Positions 12,301 through 23,584 are shown, numbered from the whole stretch's first letter. The stretch: 53,950 nucleotides of DNA, filler included, from Perkinsus olseni (GCA_013115125.1; 3 parts of 3 records of this genome joined end to end with filler, not necessarily neighbours in it); one strand, 5' to 3'. Translations and numbers: made by a program. The notes: generated from the sequence alone by a model not told the origin.

Positions 12301-14536
12301 GGTGTTCGAAAGCGGTGAGCTCGGGCCACAGGGCGTTATGCTGGAGACAGACACCGGTGATGCGCCTAATCGCTGCCATGTCCTTCGGCACTCTCAGCCC
12401 ATACACGCTCACCTTGCCCGACGAGGGAGCGAGGAAGCCAGTGATGGCGCCCATGGTAGTTGTCTTGCCGGCGCCGTTGTGCCCGAGGAGAGCAAAGATC
12501 TCTCCCTCATACATGGACATGCTCACGCCTTTCACAGCTGCTACAGTCTCTCCAGAAGGGCCTTTGAAGTTCTTGCAGAGCTTGAAGATCTCAACACACT
12601 TGCCAGCCTTCCTCAAAGCCTCCTTAGAAGCATCCACGGCCTCCCTGGGAACGGCGTTGCCCTCGCCACCATCGGAGTCTTCTTTCTCTTCATCGAGAAA
12701 ATCGGCGTCTCGGTCATCCCGAAAGCACTCGAGCCAGTAGGACTTTTGAAAGGGAAAATAATAGGGTCTACGGAACCCGACCTGGAATGGGTTCGTTTGA
12801 TCCACATAGTAGTACAGAATCCACCAGAGAAGGCTCGCCACAAAATTCATTGCCACTGCCTGAGCATAGGAATAGTTACGATAATCGACAGATGTGGTAT
12901 CAGAGGTCAGCCCGCCATAAGTCTCCTCCAGGTAGCCGACGACACCGAGGCCTTCGCGGAAGCCCACGATAGGTATCAAGGACATAAAGTTCTTAGTGGA
13001 CGCTGCGGCGTAGTCGGGCACCGAGATGAAGAGACCGGCTAGGTAGACGAAGAAGCCGATCACGGCTCCTACTCTCTCCCTCGTGAAGATGGCCGACATG
13101 AGGAAAGCGAAGGACATACTCGAGAGACCGAAGGATATGTTGAGCATGAAGATGAGGAACCAGGAGGAATGCTTGTACGTACCACCTCTCATAACCAGCG
13201 AAATCGCGAGGCAAATGATGAGCCACGTTAAGATTTGCGTGATGAGCCAGGATAGGTAGTAAGATACGTCCATAAGGCCCATCATTCTCATTATCTCACG
13301 GAGCCTCATCTCCTTCTCTCTGATCAGGCGGGAGATCTGAACGCTAACAGACGCTGAGAAGGCGAACACCACCAGCCAGGTAAGGTCGCTGATCAGGTCA
13401 ATGCCGTCAGACGACCAGTAGGGTTCCACCGGAAAAGGAACAGACCAAGTTTGCTTGAAAATTGTCTTCTCTTCGCTACTGATGTCGGCGCCAGGGACGT
13501 CCATAGTTCTCCTCGCCACCTCAGTCACAGCCTCGTGCCGTGACGCTATAAAGCGTTGAACGAACAACTGTATCGCTAGAAAGCCATTGCGAATGTAAAA
13601 GTGTCGAGCCGAGTCCTCATCGACGTGTCGTTCGATCCCCCTAGGATCGTCCTCCAGTGAAGTCCGTGTTATCCAACGACTAATACGACCGATCGTAGCG
13701 TTGAGGCGTATCTTGAACTCGGGGTTACCATCCCGAAGGATATCATTCTCAAGAACGACGGCACCGCACAGCCTATCCCAGGCTGCCGGATCGGACCCAC
13801 GCTCCTCGCCAGAAGTAGTTTCAATGGAGGACCCGTAGTCCTCGTCCTCGATGTAGTCCTTCAACGAATCCTCATCGTCGAACACCCTGAAGAGAGTTCT
13901 GGTGTTCCACGATCCGCACTGGGCCCAGTTCGTGAGGAATATCTCTCGAGCATCGCTGTCACCATATCCACCCTGAACGAAGCCTGGTTCGTAACGGTCG
14001 CCAAGATCCCAATGATAGGTGAAGTTGTGACCGGTGGCGTTCACGACTTCCTCCTCGAGTCTTTGGTATTCTCGCTCGAAGTATCCCTTCAACCCATTGG
14101 CAAGCTCTTCCCTTCTGACACCCTTCGCCACAATCGCCAGAGTCTTGCACCAGCACGACTGACCCGAGTCGGCCATCGGCTGCCGCCTGAAAATTCCCCA
14201 GCGCCTAGTGTCGTCCAGGAAGTCGACGTCGAAGGCCTGCGCCCGAGGGTAGCCGTCCTGGCTGACCGGATCGGACTCGACGACCATTCTCCGCTCGAAG
14301 TCCAGACCGAGCAGGCCAGGAAGTTGAAAGATGAGCCAGGAGAGTATAATGGGCAAGAGTATCTCGCAACAGCTGCACTTCCAACTTCGTATCTTGAGAA
14401 TTGCGTTCTTCCTGAGTAAAGCTCCAACCTGACGATGGACCATCCTCTTGGGGGCTTCCGATTGGGCCCCGGCCATTTCTATCAGCTCAGACGGTCTTGC
14501 CTCGCTGGCAGGCCGTAGCGCAGTTCCGTCTTCCAT
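3389..14536 (-). CDS. Full-length ABC transporter subfamily A (TMD-NBD-TMD-NBD), multi-exon
   Basis: Exon 1 (~14536-11778) has ALLRKN, [15 protein letters not shown], [30 protein letters not shown] and TTHYMDEAD. Later exons carry the second NBD ([10 protein letters not shown] ~6540, GYCPQFDAL ~6000, [10 protein letters not shown] ~5780, [10 protein letters not shown] ~5330, TTHSMEEAE). The last exon is [20 protein letters not shown] at 3389. Confidence 0.93.
10886..10958 (-). tRNA. tRNA-Glu(TTC), inside an ABCA intron
   Basis: TCCGATGTAGTCTAGCTGGTTAGGATATCTGGCTTTCACCCAGACGACCCGGGTTCGAGTTCCGGCATCGGAA. It has a perfect 7-bp acceptor stem, an anticodon arm TCTGG/CCAGA with loop CTTTCAC, and a T-loop TTCGAGT (G53-T61 wobble). 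Confidence 0.92.
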
Positions 14537-14625
14537 TAAAAGTTAGACTGAACTGAGCCCGTCCAAACATCAGTGTGAACAACGCAAGGAACCTGTCAGT
14601 TTTTGCACGGGTTGTAAACACGCTG

Positions 14626-14652
14626 CTCCTGACTCAGGAGTCCTGAGTCAGG
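14626..14652. repeat. Overlapping perfect palindromes with a 1-nt centre, upstream of the ABCA start
   Basis: CTCCTGA-C-TCAGGAG (14626-14640) overlaps CCTGACTCAGGA-G-TCCTGAGTCAGG (14628-14652). Confidence 0.85.
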
Positions 14653-15340
14653 GAAGATCGATCGTGCCCCCTGGGAAAGACACTAGGGTTTTAGGAAGAA
14701 TGTTGTGTAATAGAGTAGAGCTAGTAACGGATATCGACGTTGTACTGGTTGTCGGAAGAGAGGACAGGCGAGACATCCCCAAAGGGGCTCCCAGCCGGTC
14801 GAGGGTTGATTTTTGAACAGGCAAGCTCACTTCAGCACCGCATCGAAGAGTACTGACGCAGTACGACTGAAGGATACGCTAACGAATGAGAGGGTATATG
14901 AAGTGTTGATCGGGTGCCGTAAAAGAGGTTACCAGAAAGAGACGACCCACTCGTTCCAAAGACATCCTGGGCGAGCGCTAAAAATCGTGCGCGGTTCTCA
15001 GGCCGCCTGAGTCAGGCGACTTTGCTGTGGTAACACAGTAGCCAGGACATTGAAGAGGTAAATCTTAACTATGTATCAACAGTTCACTGGAATCTTCATA
15101 TCCGCCACTTAAGCGTAGCAGTATCCAACGTCACGGGATTTTGCTTGGCGAGCGACAGCCGACACGACAATGGCCTGTGATATACTGTTGCTTCTCCGTT
15201 GTTGCTCATAGTCAACGCAAGACGGGAAGGTTATCTACCTTTCCTTCTAAGCTTACTCTCTCGAGGGGAATAGTACGGCTATGCACGCATGCACGAGACG
15301 ATCGGCGCATAATGCGTAACAGGTGGACAGATTAAAATCA

Positions 15341-15597
15341 TTTTCCTAAGGAGAATGTTATTTTCCTAAGGAAGAAATCTCGCTCGCCCTTTACATTTTT
15401 CTAAGGAGACTTTGCGCTTTTCTAAGGAGTCTTTGCACTTTTCTAAGGAGTCTTTGCACTTTTCTAAGGAGACTTTGTACTTCTCTAAGGAGACTTTGTA
15501 CTTTTCTAAGGAGACTTTGCACTTTTCTAAGGAGACTTTGTACTTCTCTAAGGAGACTTTGCACTTTTCTAAGGAGCCCTTGCGTTTTCCTGAGGAC
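15341..15597. repeat. 21-bp tandem minisatellite (~9 good copies plus degenerate flanks)
   Basis: Unit TTTTCTAAGGAGACTTTGCAC with point variants. It reads as the heptad EKCKVSL on the minus strand and FSKETLH on the plus strand. Confidence 0.9.
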
Positions 15598-15676
15598 GCT
15601 CCTGGGGCACTACTCCTACCTCTTAAACCCAGTAGCCTTCGGGTTTTAGGTGAAGGTCGCCCGGAGGGCGACCAGA

Positions 15677-15722
15677 TTTCGGTTTCGGGTTTGCGAGGTT
15701 TCGGGTTTCGGGTTTCGGGTTT
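15677..15722. repeat. Short TTTCGGG repeat
   Basis: ggtttcgggtttgcgaggtttcgggtttcgggtttcgggttt. Confidence 0.7.
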
Positions 15723-16376
15723 GCCTAGCAATCGACGGTTTTTTTTGTTGGAACCTGTTCTACGGCTTTGCCTTGTGGAACTGCCAAGCCTTGTGTTTCT
15801 GCCTTGTGGTACTGCCACGGCTCGGCAGACAGCCTTCACTCAAGATCTCGCTTCTCGCTCAGGTCGGGATTTTCCCTTGGAGTGTAATTTTCCCGCCGCT
15901 GATTCTTGCGTGCTCCGATAAGAAGCTACGCTGAGGCTGATATACGTGCCGACTGATCAGGAGATAGCAGCTGAGAGATCTAATTCCGGATGGCTAAACC
16001 CAAGTCTTGTGTTGTCAATAAGCTAGTCTATCCATACTGATGATGTGGGTTCGCTGTTCTGCTGCTATCTTTGTAGAGGTCAACTAACTTACGACAACAC
16101 AACCTTACTCAAACTTGAAATGGGCTCGTTGCATCCTCCGATAAGGAGGTTGCCTGAGTCTACAGTAGTTGAGTAGGCTTATGCCTTCTCTCCTCCCTAT
16201 TGGTTAATAAATCATGGTAAATTACTTGTCACAGGCTAAGCCTGAGACGCTTCTTCGTCTCATTCATTCATGGCTTCACGAAATCCTTCCATCTGGATGG
16301 CGGGAGCCTGTATTAACGGCAGGTGTTCCGCTCCCTTGAGGGTTGTCAGACATTGACTGAACCCAACAGTTCAGAA

Positions 16377-16398
16377 CTTGAGCCAAGATGGCTACGGA
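16377..16398 (-). other. Genome-encoded spliced leader (Perkinsus/DinoSL type)
   Basis: The minus strand reads TCCGTAGCCATCTTGGCTCAAG. This matches the known Perkinsus SL ACCGTAGCCATCTTGGCTCAAG at 21/22 and fits the D at position 1 of DinoSL (DCCGTAGCCATTTTGGCTCAAG). It is followed by TTC, not a splice donor, and an ATG lies 23 nt downstream. Confidence 0.9.
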
Positions 16399-16446
16399 CT
16401 GACTTATACCAATCTCATCAATACTGATCGCACAACAACCAACCAG

Positions 16447-17941
16447 TGTTACCATAGCTAAAAGGGTGCACGCATGCACACTGAGATTGGGAGATAGACA
16501 CAATAAGACATTCCTCTAACACGCCCCCCTGCCGAGCATACATTGCTCGGCACTATGCACCGTCGCTGGAACGACATTAACATGAGACTCCTCGCTGCAG
16601 GTGCCAGATAGAAATCGCACCTTGTAGCGTCTCGCAAATCCATCACGAGAAGGACTGACGACATCGACAATATGACCAACACGAACTCCAACGTCAAGTT
16701 TGTTACGTTGGGCAACTCGGACTAGGACTGTTGTACCCTGAGCAAGTGGAGGAGTATCAACACCTCGCTTTTTGCCCATGGCCTTGGAGCATCGGTCACG
16801 CAGTAATTGCCAATGATGCTGAAGAAAAGTTTGACGGATACATTTAAGAGCACGGGGGCGGTCAATATGGACATTAGCTACAGAATCGGACTCAACCATA
16901 GGTAGAAGAATACCGGTTGAGCGAGTATATCCTAGAGCTAACCGATCTGCAGTAATGACATCATGATCGTCAGAACCCGTTGAATGAATACACATAGGGA
17001 TACTATTCATCAAAAGGGATACATGATCATAAACTCTATTCAAATCCTGATCTGACGATCTAGCAAGCTGTTGGGGAGTATAATTAAGCCTCAAAATACG
17101 CAAACCAACAGCATGCGAACGTTCAACAGGAGTCTCCCACGGCGCTCTAGCGGCGTGGTACCTAAGCTCAACTCCCTCCTCACGAAGGGTGTCAGCAAAT
17201 TCGGAAGATGTAAATGCAGAGCCCCGATCCAGGTAAGCTACCCGAATCTTCCCCCAACGGGACATCAAATTCTTCACACCTTCAACTGCTGCCGCTGCAC
17301 ACTCCTCAGAATGTGAAGAGCGAAACCACGACACGTGGGATGTAGCAATACACCTCGCCGCGAACACTAGCTCGCCAGGAAAGAGGTGTAAGAAATCAAG
17401 GCATACCACCGAGTAGGGGTTACCCGTCCTCAATAGTTCATCAATGTCCCAGTGACTGCCAGCTAAAGGTGCATTCCACTTGAGAGAGGTCATGCGCAAG
17501 CGCAGCTTAGCGCACGGAAGACAACGCCGACAGACGTCTTTGGCACTAGTGGAAGCCCCAATAACATGAATATCCTCTTGCATCGCCGTGACAGTTGGCG
17601 TAGCTCCGCCATGGCCCGCTCGGGCATGAGCGTCCAGGGCCAAGAGGAACCTGAATCTTTTCGCAGTTCTGGGAATGCAAGGGCGACGGAAGGTACTGCC
17701 GGTGATCGTACCTGACCGGAAGTACCAAAGGTCAGTGGACTCGTCGTAGACGAAAGCTCGGCCTTTCTTAGTGAAGTCGTCCAGACGCTGACACAATCTA
17801 ACGACGGTGAGAACGTCGTTGATCTCATAACCTGAGCTCTGTAGCCCGATAGGCAGCCGGGCAGGCATCAAGAGCTGTGGCTGAGCGAGATCATCATCAC
17901 GAGCACGTCGTTGTGCCGTTTGGCGGAAAGGGTAGCGCTTC
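16447..17941 (-). mobile_element. Ty3/Gypsy-like LTR retrotransposon, 3' part (pol/integrase, PPT, start of 3' LTR), truncated by an assembly gap
   Basis: The integrase ORF ends in a polypurine tract GGCAGGGGGG. This is followed by CG and then TGTTAG, the LTR start at 16521. The far end of the LTR is not resolved. Confidence 0.8.
16516..17941 (-). CDS. Retrotransposon integrase (C-terminal part of pol)
   Basis: HHCC zinc finger (AHARAGH...CRRCLPC) and DDE core (LDFLHL, YLDRGSAFTS, PVERSH). The ORF is intronless and the frame stays open into the gap at 17942. Confidence 0.88.
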
Positions 17942-18041
17942 NNNNNNNNNNNNNNNNNNNNNNNNNNNNNNNNNNNNNNNNNNNNTTAATTAATTAANNN
18001 NNNNNNNNNNNNNNNNNNNNNNNNNNNNNNNNNNNNNNNNN

Positions 18042-18530
18042 AACTCCCGTAACACTCACTGTGAGACCATTCTCGCTCGCCCGACCGAATCACTTCCGCT
18101 GTAGTTGACCCTAGTCTCTGTCGAGACTCTCCAGGAAATTAATGCGGCGGAGCGAAGCTGATTTTTTTCCTCGACTTGTGATGATGTTGTTTTCAGGTAC
18201 GGCGTGGAGCAGATCCCGGACGAGTGGATCGCCACGTGTGAAGGAGCCAAAGAAGCCCGTAACGTCGCCGATAGAGTGTTCAATGAGGTCTACCTTGCCA
18301 ACCCCAAGTTGGCCGAATCGATCGCGCGATCGATTACGCTTCCTACCAGACAACTCGCTACTGCCCAATAAATAGTGACATACCCGAATGAGTTCAATTG
18401 TCAAGTATTGTTCAATTTTCCTAGTCTCCGCGTTAACGTCTACGATGTCCGCAAAATCTTCGCTGTGCGCAAAGATATCATCGTGCGTAACTTCAAATGG
18501 AGGATCAGCATATCTTTCTAGATGTACGAA
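18042..18530 (-). CDS. Partial hypothetical multi-exon gene, divergent from the dynein gene and running into the gap
   Basis: Open exon-like segments (ERYADPPFEVTHDDIFAHSEDFADIVDV...IELIR followed by gtatgt; VGKVDLIEHSIGDVTGFFGSF...). No family recognised and the start was not found. Confidence 0.35.
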
Positions 18531-18672
18531 TTTCGTGGCGCGGCGGGTTTCGCTGTGAGCGTGTCCAATTCTTCATCGGTGGTAAATTTTCTGTACAGTC
18601 TCGATTTTAGTGTTGTCAATTTAAAACGGCTTAGCGGAGCGAAGTTTTCTGTAGTATTTTTCTCCCGTTTTG

Positions 18673-21600
18673 ATGAACGAGTACGATTTCATCTACACGA
18701 AGCTTCGCAAGGAATTTGGAAAGTGGGTTGGCGGAGCGAAGCGATTCATGTTTTGCATTTTTTGTTGCTTGGCTCAGGTATTGCGCTTTTGGCGATACTG
18801 ACCCGAAGGTGCTGGCAACGATAGAGGCAAAACCGGAGTCCATGGAACAGTACAGGTGAGATCTTGCAATCTTGTACAATCTTGTACTTCCTCCACGGAG
18901 TATCTGTTGTCATGCGTGCAAGATACGAATTAGGTTGACATTTTCAGATATAAGAATCCTTGCACGCTGACCTTCGATAACACCCCGATGATGTCCGAGC
19001 ACTCAGTCAATACTGATACCGTAAAAACCGGAAATAAGGGGCAGGTGAGCGGTGATCATAATTTCGTGGCGCGTGACGATTTTTCGATAACCGTAAGAAT
19101 CTCCGAAATGGAGAATCTCACGAGGTTGCCCTTCGCGGCTATTCTCACTCTCGTTCCGGTCGCGAATCTGAGGTTGACTCTTGCCGAATACGGAATGTAA
19201 GATATTTCCTCTGTGACCGTAGGGAGAGACTCGAACCCTCGCTCAACGTCCCTGAGGATAGTGTCGTATCTTTCATCCGCCTATGTTGCACTGGCAAGTA
19301 AAAAATCCCGTTTTTTTTCGTCTACTGATTTGCTCAACATAAAAATATCCTACCTAATTTCGCAGTGATCAGAGCCTCTACTGTGAGGGTATCTTCGGAT
19401 CGCGACGCCACACTATACGGACGGAAAAAAGATATGGGAAAATAAGGAAAAATTTGGGGTTTTCCTGGAAGCCTTGTACTCACTTTGGCAAGGTTCATGT
19501 GGAAGGTGGATGGCCGAAGGAAGTCGACTACAGTGAAGCCCAAGATACCGCAAAGTGAGTTGCTCACGCGCGCTCCAGAACAGCTCGACCTCATCCGACC
19601 TCAGGTGGAGGAAAAGACTCGATAAAGATCCCCAGTTCGGGGCTGCGGTGAAGTCTCTGTGTGGCGAAGTGGAGCATTATATTTCTCAGAATTGTGAGTG
19701 GCAATCTCGCTCGCCCGAAATTGTTCATTCGAGAAAGCAGGTGTGAACTCATTCTCTATGCACTTTCTGTTTTTCACTTTCTTAACGAAATTTTCAGTAT
19801 TTTTTCTTTGTTCGAATTTGCGATTTTTCCCGTTCGCTTTCGCATTGGATTTGTGTGAAATGACAATCTGCTCGCTTGGTGTTAGCGTACTGAAGTAGGG
19901 GAGGTCGTCGAGAAAATTTTATCGAAAAAATTTTCCCGAGTTTTACGTTTTTTTGGGAAATTTTCCGTCTCAGGTACGGTGGATCTTTTCGAGGATTATT
20001 TTTCTGGAGAGGAGGTTCAATATCAAATGGAAACGATGTCAGCGAATACGGTAGCGGTGTTTAGAGATCAAAGTGAGCGGAGCGAAGCGGCAAATCGATC
20101 ACCCGATCGATTTTGGGTGGTGCTCAGATGAAGAGGAGTACGGTAGATCAGTGTCGAGAATATCTTGGCATCCCGAGGGAGGTCACAAATTCGTGGCGAG
20201 CTACTCCGTGAGGAAATGCTTTTAAATGTGTCCATACCAACTTTTTTGCAACTCATAGGTCATGCAGTTCCAAAAGCTCGAAGACTCACTGCCGAAGTCT
20301 TCCTTCATCTGGGACGTAAGTTGATCGATTTCGACCTCAGAAAGTATCTTTCCCCGCCAGGTGGAAAACCCCAACCTGCCTGTCGGCGAGCTGCTCCCAC
20401 CAGCGCCCCTCATCTGCACTCAGGTGAGGCAATTTCGTGTCGCGCGAAATTTTCTCACTTCTCTTTTAGAGTATCATCGCAATACTTCCTTTGAATCAAA
20501 ATTCTGGTACAACCGAGTGGGACTGAGCGCGAATAGTATTTATTCAAACAAGTGCGGAAAAAAATTTTCCCGGAATAGTTTTCCGGTGGCGAACGCGCAC
20601 TTGCAAGATAACAGGATATGACGGACGTGATCTTTTTTTATCAGTTTGTATTGTCTCAATTCGATTGCGAACAACTGCCCTCTTTTCTCTCGTGGATTTT
20701 TTTCATTTTCGATCAGAACAAATCTAGATTTTATGTAGCGTTGTTTTCGGGGAGTACTCGGCAGCTTGAAGTTTACTCTCGAAATTTTTTCTCGAAAATT
20801 TCACTAATTTATGGTTTTTTGCCCAACATTTTAACGGCTGTTGCTGTCTTTGCAGTACCAAACCCGGAATCCCGACACGCTGGCCGGCGGAGCTTACAAT
20901 GGCCTGGTTTTCTTCTTCGATGTTCGACAGGTGAGTTGGACAGCAGGTTGTTTGCGTGTGGATTTGGTAACCCTGCGGAGTTCTGAGTTCAATAAGGTGG
21001 AGTTGCGAATTCATTAATTTAGCGCGCGCCCATGCGATCGATTCGGGTTGTATAATTATTTGCTCACGTTGGTGAGAAAGATATTTTATCGATCGTTTCG
21101 TCGCAATTTTCTTCGGGCGGCCGGAGGGCCTTATAGTGCGTTGATAGAGGTTGGAGGAGATAGGAATCTTAGGTTGACCCTGGGAAGATATGAAATTGGA
21201 TGATAGTGCTTGATATAGTCGAGAAAGCGGGGCGAGAAACTTCCTTGAAAATAGAGCAGCTCCAATTGAATCCATTTCAGGGGTCCAAGCCAGTTGGGAA
21301 GTCGTCGTTCGAGCAGTCGCATCACGACCCGGTCTACGACTTCGTTTGGCTGCAGTCGAAAACCAACAGTAAATCCGGCCCAGTCGTTAGCGTTCAATCT
21401 TTTCATGTGGAAGGTGGTTAGTTCGACCCATTTACTTGTCGTTTTTCAGGCGAGTGTGCCACTACTTCGACTGACGGCAGAGTTCTTTGGTGGGACACGC
21501 GTAATTTATCCGAACCGACCGATGAGGTTGTCTTAACCGACGGGAACCGGGAGAACCCGAAGCAGCTCGGTAGGTGGGAGGAGACCGCACTTGCCCTTCT

Positions 21601-23222
21601 GCTGGTGTTGCTCTCAAAGACTAGACGGTTGGTGGATTGCGTGGTTGGTGGATCAGGGTCATCGTGGAGTATTGCGAAAAAAACGACGGACAAATCCCGA
21701 TCAAATTACTGAAAAATCACAGAAGAATCACGCGGAAAATCGCAGAGAAATGGCTGGAAAAGTACAGAAAGTATAATTCGGGAAATTATGGGTGAATCTC
21801 GAAAAATTTCGTCCGAGTTCATCGCGGTGCACAACTTTCCCATTTGAGTGTGTTGCTGTGCCACAGCAGCTGCTGATCAGGTGGATGCTGTCTCGAGTGG
21901 CAGCAAGAGGCCGGCCCGACTAAGTATTTGGTCGGCACTGAGCAGGGCGCTTGCATGGCGTTGAATAAGAAACCGAAGAAGCCAGTGGAGATTGGTGAGC
22001 TTAATTTCGTGGCGTGGTGAAGAAGTGTCTGGCATCTTAGCGGAGCGAAGCACGAATTTTTAGGGACTTGGTTCGGGATTGAAGAGAAGGGCGGCCACTC
22101 GAAGCACGCCGGGCCAGTGTATGCCCTCCATCGTAACCCTCAACACGTCAAGTACTTTATGACAGTTGGCGACTGGAGTGTTAGGATATGGTTAGAGGTT
22201 AGCAGGGACAGCGGAGCGAAGCGATTTTTATTCTCTGTTTTTGTGAAGGAACTAAAGGCGCCCCTGATGCAAACGAAGCCCTCACCGTCATTTCTCACTA
22301 CTGGTGGTTGGAGCCCTACGAGAGCTGGTTTGTTCATGGCGGGACGCTACGATGGGTAGGATTTGCGAAAGGAGCGGTACGAATTATTTGCACGCATGTA
22401 CATTAAGATACGTTGACTTCTGGGATTACTTCTACAGGATGAACGAAGTGTGCTATTCTCACAGAGTGAGTTTTTCTTAGCGGAGCGAAGCAGTTTTTTT
22501 TTGCATTTTTGTTGGTTTTAGGTGAGTAAGATGCCGATATCCACGACATCGTTCCAATCTCATGGGCGACTCCTCGCTGTCGGTGATGCTGACGGAACGG
22601 TGTCGCTGCTCCAGCTGTGTGATGAGCTCGTCAATCCTGGCCCTAATGAGAAGAATGTAAGTATCCACGGTCCTTGCGAGCAAGATACAGAATAGGTCGG
22701 CTTCAGGCTGTTGGAATGATATTTGAGCGCGAGATGAGAAGAGAAAAGAATCTCGAGGCCATCAAGAAGGCACAGGCCGGCAAAGGTAAACGGCATCATT
22801 CCTTCTGGGATCGAGGGAAGCCTTTTGACGAACTATCTGATAACCACATTACATTGGTTTGGTCATAACGAGCACGATACCGGCGTTGGACCATGAACTT
22901 AGACAAGTACCGCTTTACTTTAAAGCCGGTCATCCTCTCCCGTAGCCTCTCGCTAGCCCATTGTGTGTCTTATTTCAGCTGCGAAAACGGAAGGAACCTC
23001 AGGGGAGGGAAAAGGTGAGGGAAGCCTTCAACAGGCAGCTCGCTCACGACTAGTTATTTTAGATGCCGCGGACGATTTCCCCAGCATCGATCAACAAGCG
23101 TGAGAGGCCCAGTTTGCTCCACTACGTTGGGAAGTGGCCGCAGGTACGTCGAGAGAGAGAAGGCCTGGCTGGAGGAGGTCGGCCTCCCGACTGACTCCTT
23201 GACGATTAAACCCAGTGTGTGA
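18673..23222 (+). CDS. DNAI2: Axonemal dynein intermediate chain 2 (IC69/ODA6-like WD40 protein), multi-exon
   Basis: Exons read MNEYDFIYTKLRKEFGK, SEHSVNT, HVEGGWPKEVD, SWHPEG, SHHDPVYDFVWLQSKT, STDGRVLWWDTR, GPTKYLVGTEQG, HAGPVYALHRNP, MTVGDWSVRIW and WSPTRAGLF. These are characteristic DNAI2 motifs. Confidence 0.9.
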
Positions 23223-23567
23223 GGGTATATCCGTGCTGTTGCATGAGATGTGTTGATGGTGGTTGAATCAGTGTTCTTGTGGTGTTGCAAGTGAACGGGG
23301 GATGAACAACCTGATTCGTTCCGCCCAGGCTTGGTAACACAACAGACGCGGAAATGAGCGCAGATAGGGCCTTTACGGCCGGCGTCTTCCCGCGAGGAAG
23401 TTGGGTGAGATCGCGCCTATCATGGTGTGACCCTGAAGGCTGGTGGCATAGGTAGCTCGGCTACCAGGTCCCTTAGGACCATGCACTACCAGCCTTCCCC
23501 GCAGGAGGAAAAAGAAAAAAAATTGGGGGGGGGAGAGAGTTAAAGAGACGTATACCGTCAACTGATA

Positions 23568-23584
23568 CTTGAGCCAACATGGCT
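23568..23584 (-). other. Degenerate spliced-leader relic
   Basis: The minus strand reads AGCCATGTTGGCTCAAG, a 16/17 match to the 3' part of the SL. Confidence 0.6.

Noticed and set aside
12011-13042. 343-aa plus-strand ORF and similar antisense ORFs over the GH and tetraspanin genes
   Set aside because: Shadow ORFs opposite GC-rich real CDSs, with no recognisable motifs.
15341-15597. Repeat array as a possible CRISPR
   Set aside because: The units are contiguous with no unique spacers, there are no cas genes, and the context is eukaryotic.
16377-16398. SL sequence as a functional SL-RNA gene
   Set aside because: There is no splice donor after the SL exon (AAG|TTC) and no tandem SL array. 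It precedes an ATG instead.
17942-18041. TTAATTAATTAA palindrome flanked by Ns (also at 35952-36050)
   Set aside because: An artificial all-frame-stop linker inserted at assembly gaps, not biological.
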